Assembly: GCF_026210795.1 (NCBI RefSeq)
Contig: NC_089434.1
Coordinates: 2,914,001-2,978,000 of the forward strand
Direction: 5' to 3'
From: Rhizophagus irregularis
Taxonomy: Eukaryota
DNA: 64,000 bases
The position numbers were made by a program, and so were the translations under genes. Shown in pieces: positions 1 to 13,077 of the stretch (positions are counted from its first letter, which is position 1; each line of letters opens with the position of its first letter). A model generated the notes under the pieces. The model saw only the letters and a list, made by a program, of their open reading frames with translations. It made no database searches and was not told the DNA's origin.

Positions 1-617
1 TAGTTAAAAAATAATACATTAATTAATATAATTTTTTGTATTTTTTTATATAAAAATATTGATGAATAACCAAAACTAAATCTGAAATCACTATTTTATT
101 AAAATTAGTTTTAGATAGCAAAATTCAGTGTCCTAGGATTCTATTTAATTTAATAATAATTTAAGTATTACAATTAAAGTTTAAGTTATGAATTCTAAAG
201 AAAAAAAATTAGAAAATTAATTGTAATAATAAAATTTTGGGATTATAAGAAAAATAATTCAGAAATGAAGTACAAATTAGATATATATATTAAAAATAAA
301 AAATCTAAAAATATCAAATAAAGGTTTTGTTGTTCAGAAAGTTAGCTTATTTAAAGTGTTTTGTTGTAAATTTGTGCTTCAAACTTTTAAACAAAATTGC
401 ATCATTAAAAAAAAAGGAAGAATAATGAAAATTGTAAATTTGGAAATAATATTCAAAAGAATGAGAAAGAAAAATTTAAAAGCAATAGAAGAAGTATATA
501 TAAAGAAAAGAAATGAATTCAAAATCAATGGTTTCAACTTAAAAGAAAGATATGTATTAAAGAAGTATACTTTCTATGTTTATTCGCGTAAGTATCGTGA
601 TCTATTGATGCACGTCT

Positions 618-1047
618 GAAATGTGTGCCAGGTTGATGGCGCAGTGTGACGCAGTAATTTCAAAAAAAAATTAAGTTAAAGATTTTCTTTTTAATGTAAA
701 GCTTTCAACTTTATGCATTAGATGTATTTTCATCTGTTTTACAAAATTCACTTATAAATGGAAGGAGGTTTTGGAAGTAGATTTTGACTTTAGTATATAA
801 CAACCAATTTTATCGTCTTTGCCGATCATTTCCAAAATTGGATTTGTTGAAAAAACAGTTTTTGTTAAATAACTCGAAAATGGCCTTCTAAACCACCTGT
901 ATATTCTCTAAGTAAATTTGCAGAGCGGACGAAAATACATCTAGTGCAGGAATTTAAAGGGTTTATTTTAAATAAAAAAAAATTGTAATTTAATTTTTTT
1001 GGAAAAATCGCTGCGCCACACTGCGCCATCAACCTGGCACACATTCC
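618..1047. mobile_element. MITE-like element with ~55-bp imperfect terminal inverted repeats
   Basis: 618-674 (gaaatgtgtgccaggttgatggcgcagtgtgacgcag...) is the reverse complement of ~990-1047 (...ctgcgccacactgcgccatcaacctggcacacattcc). tct flanks both ends. No coding capacity. Confidence 0.8.
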
Positions 1048-1143
1048 TCTATTGATTTATGATGACGTCATTCGCGATAGTTATTTTTTTTTTTTAGAAC
1101 GTGATTTTTCTTCACTCGCAATTTATTTTCATTTACGAGTTTC

Positions 1144-4100
1144 ATGGCTGACTTCTTTGATTTAAGCGAGGAAATCGTAAAATTACAAGATACCATTTAT
1201 CCGATTTCAAATGAATTGCCAATTTCTAATTTGGCTGCCACTGAAATCGAAAGGTTGTTGAACGGTAAAGTAAAATATCTTTTTTTCAATTTTTGCATAA
1301 GACCATACTGCATCTTGGAGCTATAACTTTCTTTTATTTTTATTGTTATTCAGATATTGTTGACAAAATAAGCGTGTATTCTTATGCGATAGCAAATGTG
1401 GAGCTTTTTAGTGTTTTATGTAGTTTCATAAAGTAATGACCTTATCTCTTCCTGTTTCAAATAGTTTATTAGACATTTAATAAGTGAATTTATTATTTTT
1501 CTAGAAACTTTGATTCATTGAAACCTGCTACGTTAAATCGTGTACTTGATATAATCTTATCAGGTGTGAAATAATTTCAATACATTTTTAAGTTAAAAAA
1601 TAAGTTAATTAATTGTACATGTATTATAGGCTTAAAAAGCGAATGTGCAAATACGTCAGATAGTTTAGATGCTGATGATGAAAGCACTTACAGCAAACAT
1701 CGTGTTGCCTTGGAAATTTATGGATTTTTTTTGTATTGGTTTATTATTAATGCAGAAGATAAAGCAGTATCTAAAAATGATGCAAATGGAGGAAGTGGCG
1801 TGAGGACAAAGGTTTTTATAACAAGTTGTTTGCTAGATCTATTGGTAATATGTATTATTACGAATTCATAGTTATTCTTTATTTATTAGAGAGCAAGACA
1901 GCCTAAATCAAAAACCACATCAAATAATCACGAAGATTGGGATTGGTCTACTCAAAGAGAGGAAGTTCTAGCTTTAATGACGAAGGTGTTGGAACTTAGA
2001 ATTAAAAAAATCTGGACTTCAACTCATGAAATAGAGACTTTTGTCAGGTACATATTGTTTCATTTATGTTGTTCAAAAGTTTATTTGGATAAATAATTGA
2101 CTTTTATGATCTTTTTTTCGGGGTCAATTTCGGGTTCAATGTTAGTTTATTTACAAAATCAGCATATCGAATGTTGGAAAATGTTACGATGACTAAACCA
2201 TCTTCCATAAAATCCATAAAATCGCTCGTTTATACAATACTTTCAATATGTGTCAAAGAGCATAATCATGCATTTGGTAAATAATAATAAATTTCACAAA
2301 ATGATATCAGAAATAACAAAACATTAATTGGTTAAATTTCTTTTTTAGGGGCACAAACTACAATTATTCAAAATTTACAATATTATGAACATCTATCTGA
2401 ACCGATGGCAGAATTTCTTCAAGTTCTTATTCAGCAATATGGTCATACACAATTAGCGGAAAATACATTAGGGTATGAAAATATATTAAGCATACCCGAA
2501 TCTAATCTATGTTAACCGTGGAAATTTTTACTTTTTAGAGAAATAAGTGATAAGGAATTTAATAGCCAAGATACAACCGGACCGAAGTCTTTTTCGAAAT
2601 TTCTTATTAAATTGTCTGCACTAGCACCAAAAGTAGTGATTAAACAAATCGGTCTTCTTAGAAAACATTTAGATAGTGATGTAAGTAATAAAGAATATAA
2701 ATTGGTATCTCGCATTTTAAAAGGAAGTTCTGTCATTTTACTAATGCTTTTATAGTCGTATACTATGCGCTGTGGATTGATTGAAGTAATTGGAAATCTC
2801 ATCAATGATCTGGCACAACAGGAAGATAATGCACCAAATAATATGCATCAAGTTGGCGGGTTTTTTGATATTCTTGATGAACGCTTTCTTGATGTGAATT
2901 CTTATTGTCGTTCTAAAGTATTACAAGTATATTTTAAAATTTGGGAGTAAGTAATAATCCACAATTTTTTTTATTTATTTAAAAAGGATATTTAATTATT
3001 AACTTTATGACTTTTGAATTTATACGAACTTAGCTTAAGAGTAAAATTTCCAAAACGTCGGCAAAAAGTCGCAAATCTGGCCATTCGTTGTTTGGAGGAT
3101 AAGGCTAGTTTAGTCCGTAAAAATGCTATTAAGTTGTTGACTAAATTAATATCAACACATCCTTATGGTATTATGCACGGAGGTGAATTGTCTATTAAAG
3201 AATGGGAAAAGCGGTTAAATAAAGCTGAAGAGGACTTGAAGGTATGAATTAGCCGCTTTCGAAAATAAGTAAGTCGAATAATATTAATCGGAATATTTTA
3301 AATTATTAAGGCAATTCAACCACCTCAAGAACTTGTGGAATTTGGTGCTGAAGCTCTCACGGAAAATGACAATGAAGATACGAATAGTGAAGTAGAGACT
3401 CTTGGTGAAGATATCGAAATGATGGAAGCAACAGCAACTCCTCAATTATCATCATCCGATGAAATTATGAAATTGCATCTGATAAAACGTTTTAATGCGG
3501 ACGCTGTTCGATTCATTCATCAAATTCATACAGCAATACCAACACTTTGCCAACTTCTTGCTTCTACCACAAAGTCGGAAGTGATTGAGGGGATTGAATT
3601 CTTTGAAACGGCTCAATTATATAAGATTGAAAAAGCTGGTGAAGGAATTAAAAAGATGTTACATTTAATCTGGACAAAAGACAATAATGATGAGGGCAAA
3701 AGTATTAGAAAACGTCTGATTGAAAGTTATCGAAAATTATATATCGATCCAGACACTTCGATATCAGAGAAAGAGAACGTAAATATAGTTACTAAAAATC
3801 TGATAAGGTACATGATATAAAAAAAAAACTTTAAAATATGTTGAGTATTGAACAAATAATTAATATGTTGTAAATGTTGAGTATAGTTTAACATATAACG
3901 CTACACTTGCTGAATTGACGTCTCTTGAACAACTCCTAAGTACAATTATGGAAGAAGAAGAAGCTGTTATAAGCGACAATGTTATCAACAGATTATGGTC
4001 CATTTATTGCAAGTGTTCACAATTTTTAACTTAATTTAAATCATTTTAGTCATTCTGTTTAATTTTAATTAATTAATATTTTAGCTACGGGGGAAATATC

Positions 4101-6436
4101 TAAAGAGCAAAGACGCGGTGCGATCATAGTACTTAATATGCTTGCAAAAGCTAAAATGGAGATCGTACAGGAAAAAATCGATTTACTTCTAAAGGTTGGA
4201 CTTGGACAATTTGGCAAAGTAATAAAATAACTCTCCAGATTTTAATATTTGTTTTTAGTAATTATATCCGTATAATTAATTTGCGCGAATTCTAATTATA
4301 GACAGACTTGGTTTTAGCAAAATATACTTGCATTGCTTTACAACGTCTTTCCGGCAATAAGACTAAAGTTAAAGGTAAGATTCGCAAACAGAGGTGTACA
4401 AAAAATTTGACATCTTACGTGTTTCTTTGTTTTTAAAATAGGAGCTTTATCCGATAATTCAATACGTTTACCAATGTCTCATCAGATTTTTCAAAGGCTA
4501 AAACAAATTATTGAATTCCAGACAACATCACAAGAATGGTAATTATATAATATAATTGTAAATCTATTCTATAATGACATTGTTTACCTTTATTTTATAG
4601 GTTTAGAGTTACTGAACAAGCTATAAATGCAATATATTTGCTTGGAGAGCATCCAGATATTTTATGTGGTGACATTATTAAACGAAAAGCTACTTTAGTC
4701 TTTGATCTTAAGATACCTGATAATGAAAATTACATGGAAATTGATGAAGAAAGCCTTCTTACGAGCCAAGAGCCATTCCTGGCAAATCCACTCCATTTAA
4801 GTCAACTTATATTTATAGTTGGACATGTAGCCATTAAGCAAATTGTTCATTTGGAAGTAATTGAAGCAGAGTGGAAAAGACGTAAAGCTGAAGCCGAATC
4901 TAAAGGTATATTAATATTACATATTAAAAAAAGAAAAGGACTTTATGACGAATATTATGGGTTTTTTTATAATAAACGGATAGATAAAGAAAAATCAGCA
5001 AAGAATCCTGGGGATGATGAATTAGAGCAGGTAGTTGGAACTACTGAAGATGAGTATGGGGAAGCAATAGCACAAATTCGCGAACAAGAATTGTTATTCG
5101 ATCCAAATTCGTTGTTAGCAGTATTTGGTCCTTTAATTATAAGCATATGCGCCAACAATAAAACTTATAATGTAAGTCCTCCATTATTTCCGTTTTTATA
5201 TTATATATTTTTTCCTAATATTTATTTAATTATTAGCATCATAATTTGCAAATTGCTGCAACGCTTGCTTTAGCAAAATTAATGTGTGTGAGTTCAGGGT
5301 TTTGTGAAGACAATTTGCAATTACTTTTCACAATTCTTGAAAGGTCAAATGAACCTACAATCCGTAGTAATATTATTATAGCTCTAGGCGACATGACTGT
5401 GTGCTTTAATAATATAATTAATGAAAACATTAATTATATTTATAATCGTCTTTCGGATCCAGACAATTTAGTTAAGAAAAACACATTAATGGTGCTCACT
5501 CATTTAATTCTTAACGGAATGATTAAGGTTAAGGGCCAATTAGGAGAAATGGCTAAATGCTTAGAAGATAGTGAGCAAAGGATCAGTGATCTTGCAAAAC
5601 TATTTTTCACTGAACTCGCATCAAAAGACAATGCGGTATATAATAATTTACCGGATATAATCAGTAATCTTTCTAGTGGTGAAAATACGGTCAACGAAGA
5701 ATCATTTAAGAAAATTATGAAATTTTTATTTGATTTTATTGAAAAGGTAAAGCTTTTATAAATTGTCAACTCCTAAATCTTTTTAATATTATCTTTATAT
5801 CGACTTTAAATAGGAAAAACAAACAGAAAATGTGGTGGAGAAGTTATGTCAAAGATTTAAAAATCTTGATGATAGAAGACAGTGGCGTGACATTGCTTAT
5901 TGTCTTTCATTACTTCCTTACAAGACCGAAAAAAGTTTCAAAAAGTTAACCGAAGGGTTAGCACATTACCAGGATAAATTAAATGAAAATGATGTGTACA
6001 AATACTTTACAGAAATCATAGGAAAGGTTGGTACTTCTGAGGCACACATTACTTAATATATTATCAACTAATTATAAAAATATGAATTTCAGGCAAAAGC
6101 AGTTAAAGGGCAAAGACCGGAAATGAAACAAATTATCGAAGAATTTGAAGTAAAAATTGAAGATCATAGGAAGCGAAGTCAAGAACAAGAAGAGACAATG
6201 CAAAAAGCGGCCGAAGCGGCACAAAAGACTAAAAAGTCAAGTAAATCAAGTAAGTTAAGATTGATAGGTTTGAACGTATGAAAGTTTCTTTAAAACTTGC
6301 CTTTTAATTCATTGTAATCTAACCAATAGCAAGATCCTCAAGATCCTCAGGATCCTCAAGATCTACAAGATCTACAGGATCTACAAAATCTACAAGATCT
6401 TCCAGAGGTTCAAGTACCTCTACGCTTGACCATTAG
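1144..6436 (+). CDS. YCS4: Condensin complex subunit 1 (Ycs4/Cnd1/CAP-D2), multi-exon
   Basis: HEAT/Cnd1 motifs across exons: RFLDVNSYCRSKVLQ, ATLALAKLMCVSSGFCE, IRSNIIIALGDM, KVKGQLGEMAKCLED, NAVYNNLPDIIS. GT-AG introns. The stop TAG at 6434-6436 assumes a final intron at 6250-6329. Confidence 0.93.
6331..6400 (+). repeat. 9-bp tandem repeat (AAGATCCTC/AAGATCTAC) in the last condensin exon
   Basis: About 8 units read directly; translates as RSS/RST repeats. Confidence 0.8.
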
Positions 6437-7192
6437 GTTCAACCTTTTTGCAAAAATAAAAATATATTGTGTTTGTTATCTCAGTATTCTAGACTTGTAA
6501 TTATCGGAATTATAGATCACTAATTATTTTCATTAACCAAAGGTTACTCGTTACTAAGATTAATAAAGTTAAAGTCCGCAGAAAAATGTAATGCTCACGT
6601 GATTGTGACGTCGATCATTTCTAAAATAAATTTCATATTCATCTCTTTACCAAAGTTTAAAGTTTAATAAAAACCTGGATTCAAGTAATCTAGTAAAATC
6701 ATGTTCTGGATGTTAAAAAACGTACTTCTCTTGACTTTTTGATGGAAAAAAAACATGTAAAGCGAGCAACGTACTAATTTGTGGAATTAAAACAGAGTAG
6801 AAAAGTTAGCTTCAAACTCTAAATGGATTTGTGGACGCCCATTTTAATGGTAATATCCTAGATACGAATTCTTTCCACCTTAGTTAAGCGTAATCATACC
6901 TTTTTTTGATAATTCCAAATGAAAATGAACATTTAGTAACAACGGAACATTTGGCACGGCATGCAATCAATAATAAAGATGATGTGGAGATAGATAAAGA
7001 ACCTTCTTTTGATGAATTTATTCAAATAATAATGAATCTACATCAAAAATCCTTAAGGTGCAAAAGGATGCAGAGAATATCGAATGGTTAAAAAAAGTAA
7101 AATTTTAAGCCTTTAAAAAATGATAAAAGACATTGAAAGTTATAGTAAGCGACATACAATACCTCGGAAAGATTAGAATAGCAATACATATA

Positions 7193-7197
<5 letters not shown>

Positions 7198-7226
<29 letters not shown>
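7198..7226. repeat. (TA)n microsatellite
   Basis: Direct reading. Confidence 0.95.
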
Positions 7227-7228
<2 letters not shown>

Positions 7229-7379
7229 TGAAGTTATATTGTATTAATAAAAAAAGATTTGAAAGTTAATAACTTAAAAAATAATTTTATTGATTATTAA
7301 CTTAAATAAAAATACTAAAGTCTTATTTTGTCTATGGAACTGACATTTTTAAAAATGATCATCACAAATACAATGGATT

Positions 7380-7672
7380 AAAGTGTAATTTGCGCCCGTT
7401 TCATTTGAAACAGAGAAAAATTGTTATTCCCACTTTAGGTTTTCAAATGCGGTTGAACAAGTCACATAAGACCGCAACCTGTGAAAATCAGTGTAAGGCT
7501 CAATATTTATGAGACTTACACGCCAAAGACATGTAGTTTGTATAAAAACATTCGGAGTATTTGGAGATCAGAAACGTAAAATGCAAGAATTGCGTCATAA
7601 AAATAGATAGAAACGTCAATGATCCCGGATATTCCTTCGGGTTTTCTCGATAGAGCTATGATCTTGTCATAA
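7380..7672 (+). pseudogene. Degraded Fanzor/IS607-TnpB-like nuclease, C-terminal fragment
   Basis: With frameshifts reads PVSFETE..SHFRF/QMRL..ETYTPKTCS..IWRSET/KCKNCVIKIDRNVN../IFLR../LDRAMILS*. This is the order of the RuvC-II, zinc-ribbon and RuvC-III motifs (P.FET, WSHY.F..RL, E.YTSKTC, C..C...DRD.N.A..I.LR). Confidence 0.6.
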
Positions 7673-8146
7673 GATATCTATAGTAACTTTACTTATATTG
7701 ACTATTATTGATGTGTTACAAGAAATGTCTGATCAAAGTTCCTAAGATAAATAGCTTCCTAATTCTGCTGTTCCGCCTAGTAATACATCTTCTGCTATAT
7801 TACTAATAATATTGGAGTCAAAGCCGAAGGTACCAAGTACCAAGCTTGATGATGTAATTTACTATGATAATGTAAATTCTGCTATCATTCTTGTACTATA
7901 TACTAAGAATAAACTGGTTTTTTTTAAGATTGCACCAATCACTGGTGGTAGCCTCCGCTAATTATCATCCCGGAGAACAGATAAGAGAAATAAATCGAAA
8001 ATATTGTTTCCAGGAAAGACCAAAAGTATCTTGTAAATCATTAAATTATAACAAATACAAATAAGCGGAACTAAAGAAAGAATCTTTATGCTAAATACAA
8101 AGACAGTTATTAGAAATTTGACTCTTCAAAATAGTATAACAAAATG

Positions 8147-8762
8147 TTAAGAAATATTATTTTTCTCATCAAAATCTCTATTAGCCTTATAAAATGTTTC
8201 AGATATTTTGGCACATAATGATTTTAAATCTTCAAGTCCTTTACGCATTGCATCTATTGCCGTTGTGTTCTCTAATAAATAACACAGACAGTAAAAGATG
8301 AGAGATGATTACAAATTATAGAACATGGTTAACAATTATACCTACCTGTTGTTTGAATCCTTATATTAAGTTTATCCTCCGATGGGTGTGGGATTGAATA
8401 ACCACAGTATTCTACTTCAGGACTTTTAATAAATGATAGGTTATTTTTATGTTAGACAAATTATGAAATAACATAAACACTTACTTTTGGATAATGATGT
8501 ATCGTAAAGCATTTCCCAAAGTATGTTCTTCGCCAGAAATGCTGAAAGTCATACTTTGTGGGTCAGTTACAGACCCCTTTTCGGTGTACTTAATATAATA
8601 ACAAAAACAAAAGAGTGTAAAATATGATTAAATTCAATACAATAGCATTATAAAATATAAACTTATACTTACAAAGTTCAAAATGTCACTAATTTCAAAA
8701 TCAGAATTTTCTTCTGGGTTTCCGTTATTGCTATTATTGTCTGTATTATCTGAGCAGTCCAT
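8147..8762 (-). CDS. RPC19: RNA polymerase I/III subunit AC19
   Basis: Spliced exons give [55 protein letters not shown] (RPB11/AC19 family). Confidence 0.92.
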
Positions 8763-9358
8763 TTCAGTCCAGTCAAAATGTAAAGAAAAAAAAAAGACAG
8801 TAGCTGGTTTTACTACTAGTTTCACCCATAGTTCCCGGGATGCCAATCAACCGGCTTGAAATCCAGAGATGTCGATCATTTGGACGGCGCTGAATTTTCC
8901 ACGAAATTATTGGCTCTTGGGTCGGTTTGTTAGTACCGGAAAATATTAATAAATACGATTGGTTGTCATGTAAGTGAACAAAAGAATCCGATCCGCACGA
9001 CTATTGTTGGACAATGATCGAAATTTTTTTTTATTTAAAAATCGAATGATTTTCGAATTATCAAATCATATCACAAAATTTATGTATAAATATGTTAATG
9101 TTAATTAAACAAACCATAAACCGATTTCTTCTTGAACATTAAAAAAAATTAAAAAAAAAAATTTGAAATAATAATAATAATAAAAATAATAATAATAACA
9201 ACAATAATAATAACAATAATAATTTCAAACTGGATAATTAATAATTGTCTTTTTAAATCGCAATATCTTCTATTGGTCAAAAGACAATAATAAAATAAGT
9301 GAATGAAATATTAAATGTCCTTTCCATTTTCTCCTTTACTTCCTAGAATTCTAATTTT

Positions 9359-10537
9359 TCAAGTGGATATTATAGGTATTTTATTTCGATCATGCGAATT
9401 AATAAACCACTTAAAGTATTCATACACCGACCAACAGATAGCAGTTGAAGGCATGTGAGACAATACTCTTGGTCTTAAACCCCTAATGAAACCCCTTATA
9501 CCATTTTGTTCGTAAATGATTCGAAAGGCCTCCAAGAGACCTCTACAGTTTCGAACATGAACATCTGTAGCGTTCCCCCGTGTCTGTAATAAGGTTTTAG
9601 CAACATCCAAAGGAGTTGTTGCAGCAGCGGCTATTGCACCCGCAAGACCACCAGCTATAACATGAGTTTTTGGATCGTATTGCCCCTTCGGGTTTAATAC
9701 CTTGCGAAAATATTCATAAGAACTGAATTGAAACATTTGAAAGGGAATGGTCATTGTAAGTGTCGTAGGATAAGATACATAAAAAGCTATCAATCCTTCA
9801 TTTGCATATACTGTACGGGCACATTCAACTACACTACGGTACGTTGACCCGTGGACTTGCATTCGTTGTTTAACAACTGTAAAAAAACAATATTTTAAAT
9901 AAATGAATTATTGACTAAAAAAAACATAAAGAACTTATGATACTTGCCATCAAATGGATTCATTAATGCGTCACTCGCTATTGTTGCACATGCTCCTGCT
10001 GTTCCTAGAAATTGTTGATTTCGTCAATTTTGAACTCTTTAAGGGTGATAGTTAATAAAGATCTCGAAAGAAAAATACCTGTCGCAAATGGATGATGTCC
10101 TTGCGTTGCATTTGCCCCAAATAGATCTTTACAAAATTCATATGTTCCGAAATATAAGGCATGTGCAGGACCAGCACCCAGAACCACTGAATTAACTCCA
10201 CGCCATAAGGTGCGAACGCCTTCTGTTGAAGCAATACGGGAAAATGCATTTCCAACACCCGTATATACTGCCTGCGGTGTTGGATTCAAGATTTGCATTC
10301 TAGTCTGTCATATGTACAAAATAAATACTATAAATAAATTATAAGAATACATACAAATACTCTGAAATGACTAAAAATGATTTAATAAATTTGAGATCAA
10401 AATGAAAGTACCTTTACACTATCTACAGGATACATGATCGCATGCTCACCTATACCAGCTAAAGCACCAGCGATCAGATTTGCAGTCAAAGGAGAGTTTT
10501 CGGGTAAAGTTTCATAATCATGTTCTATTTCTGGCAT
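9359..10537 (-). CDS. MRS3: Mitochondrial iron carrier (mitoferrin, Mrs3/Mrs4 family)
   Basis: DYETLPE N-terminus, [61 protein letters not shown]; three carrier repeats. Confidence 0.92.
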
Positions 10538-10866
10538 TTCTAATAATTTATTCATAAGCTCAGAAAATTAAATAAAATTATTTTTTCTCAGTAAAAAAAT
10601 GTGATTGTATACAAGGTAAAATTCCATCTGATAATATAAAACTGATAACCTAAATAACGTGTAAAGATTCATCAATTATCAGTTTTCCCTGCATGTATTA
10701 GTTTCACGACAAATATCAATCTATTATTAATAATTATTTATTGATTGACCGAATTTAGCTTATTCATCATCCCGCCATTTGCCTTTTTAGCTTAATTGTA
10801 CAAATTGTACAATTATCTACTTAACGATACTTTACCTATCAAATCAATACTTATCTCTTAAATTTA

Positions 10867-12123
10867 ATGATGGTGTCTTTTGACTATAAAACAGCAGTTA
10901 CAACCCTCCATGAACTACGCAAAAGTGGAGAGAGGAAATCTGATCTTGTTGTTACTTTAGGTGAAAACTTGATTCACCAAGGCTATGCTGGCAAACTCGG
11001 TGATGAAGGTTCGTTTAGATTTTCGTAGAGTTATATATTTCACTTATTATTATAGTTAATCGAATGATTTGTTAATTAGTTTGGGCGGTATATGAACAGA
11101 TATTCATCGCTGCACTTGACTTAGGAAATGACACATTGGCCACTGTACGTGATCGAGAAATATTTAAATCAAATTTGATTTTAGTACGAACGAAAATTAA
11201 ATAGTTGTTTATGAAAAATCAAAAGAAATGTCTTGAAAATTTAGATAAACGATTTCCAGAATCGCCTCGCGTAAAGATCTTGAAGGGAATGAAATTGGAA
11301 GCTGAAGACAACCTGGATGCTGCTTTGTCTATGTACGAAAATATTTTACAAGACGATGATGCAAATGTAGTAAGTAACAAAAACCGAAGTATAAAATTTG
11401 TTAATTATCATTAATATTTTCCTTTTTTATTCAGGCGGCGATAAAGCGCCGAATTGCAGTATATAAAGCCAAGGGACAGGATCAGCAAGCAATTGAAGCT
11501 TTAACGAAATACCTTGACGCATTTTATAGTGATGCTGAATCATGGCTAGAATTATCAGCTTTATACTTAAGTTTTCATTTGTAAGTAAATTATCAGAAAA
11601 TAATTATACGAATATTTTAATTTAATATTATTATTTTTCTTTTCTTTCTTTTAAGGTACCAACAGGCAGGATTTTGTCTTGAAGAACTTATTTTACTTCA
11701 ACCACAAAATCACTTTTATCATCTTAAATATGCTGAAATTTTATATACTAGCGATAATATCACCGTAGCATTAAAAGAATTTTGTCGTGTGGTAGAATTG
11801 TGCGAGGATAATGTTAGAGCATTATTAGGAATTAAATTGGTATTTATATAAATTTCTTCGTGTCAACTTTTATTATTGATATTTTATAAATTAATTTATT
11901 TGTTTTATAGTGTACGTCCCGTCTTTTAAATTTACCTACCAGTGCTATCACTTCATCAGCATCATCTTCAACGAATTCTTCATTTTCTCTTGATATGAAG
12001 ACGATTTCTGATTTGAATGGCCTAGCTAAAGAACGTCTATCTATCATATATTCAAAGAATCAACGTGGTGGAAATAGTGCGAATGAAATAAAAATCGTCA
12101 TAAGTGACTGGCTTGTCAGATAA
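10867..12123 (+). CDS. EMC2: ER membrane protein complex subunit 2 (TPR protein)
   Basis: WAVYEQIFIAALD, RFPESPRVKILKGMKLEA, YLDAFYSDAESWLELS, YQQAGFCLEELIL, ALKEFCRVVELC. Confidence 0.9.
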
Positions 12124-12336
12124 TTCAATTAAAATGCGTTTCTTTAATTTTCAAATTACATGAAATTGATTCCTATTAATCATAAATGCATTTAATCAAC
12201 TCTTTACAGATTTATCAATAAATAAACAATATGCTATGTATAATCAATAAAAAAGCAAATAAGGTTGCTCTATTTTATTCAATTTTCAACTATATCATTC
12301 TTTGATATAATCAAGATTAATAATCATATTTATAGT

Positions 12337-12847
12337 TTAAGAAGCGATAGTAACTTCAACTTCAACACCAGGTTCAATTGAGATGGAGGTCTAAAAAAAT
12401 AACGGTTAAGAGCAATAAATTAGATATATGTAAATATAATAAAAAACAAAAAAAAGTTATATAAATTAACATACGATCTGCTTCACAATCTCGCTGGGAG
12501 AATGTAAATCAATCAAACGTTTATGAATTCTCATTTCATATCTATCCCAAGTTTTACTACCTTCACCACAAGGTGATTTGCGAGTAGTAATTCTCAAAAC
12601 TTTAGTAGGAAGACGTACAGGTCCTTTAACCCTCAATTGTTTTTCTTTTGCTCTTCCAATTAGATCCGAACAAACTTTTTCGAGAGCTTTAACATTACGA
12701 GAAGTTAAAGTAATACGGATGCGATGCACCTAGAATTTTAATTTGAATAAAATTAAAATTAATTTAGATTTGGCAACAAAATAATACGATTCTTACTTTA
12801 GGTGCTTCGTCAACAAATTCATCTTTACCCTTAGCGACGTAACTCAT
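12337..12847 (-). CDS. RPS20: 40S ribosomal protein S20 (uS10), 3 exons
   Basis: [19 protein letters not shown]...[41 protein letters not shown]...[17 protein letters not shown]. Confidence 0.98.
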
Positions 12848-13077
12848 GGTTTCTTGTGATTTTTTTTGAAAAAAACCAATGGAAGACAGCGGTGACCAAG
12901 GGAGAAATTATTAAAAAAAAAACTACCGAAATCAGAATCAAAAAAAAAATTTATTCTTTTGGTCTGTTTAATGATTGGTTGGATACTTGTGTGAACCACG
13001 TGGGACTGTCAAGCTTTAAAAGTTAGACAGACACGTAAATTATGTAATTCTGTCGGTAGTTCTTTCATTTTTTTCAA

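Noticed and set aside
356..619. 87-aa Lys-rich ORF
   Set aside because: Low-complexity AT-rich sequence, non-ATG start, no recognisable motif.
6700..7197. Possible decayed transposase C-terminus (…IKDIESYSKRHTIPRK)
   Set aside because: Multiple stops and frameshifts, and no catalytic motif I can verify; needs BLASTx.
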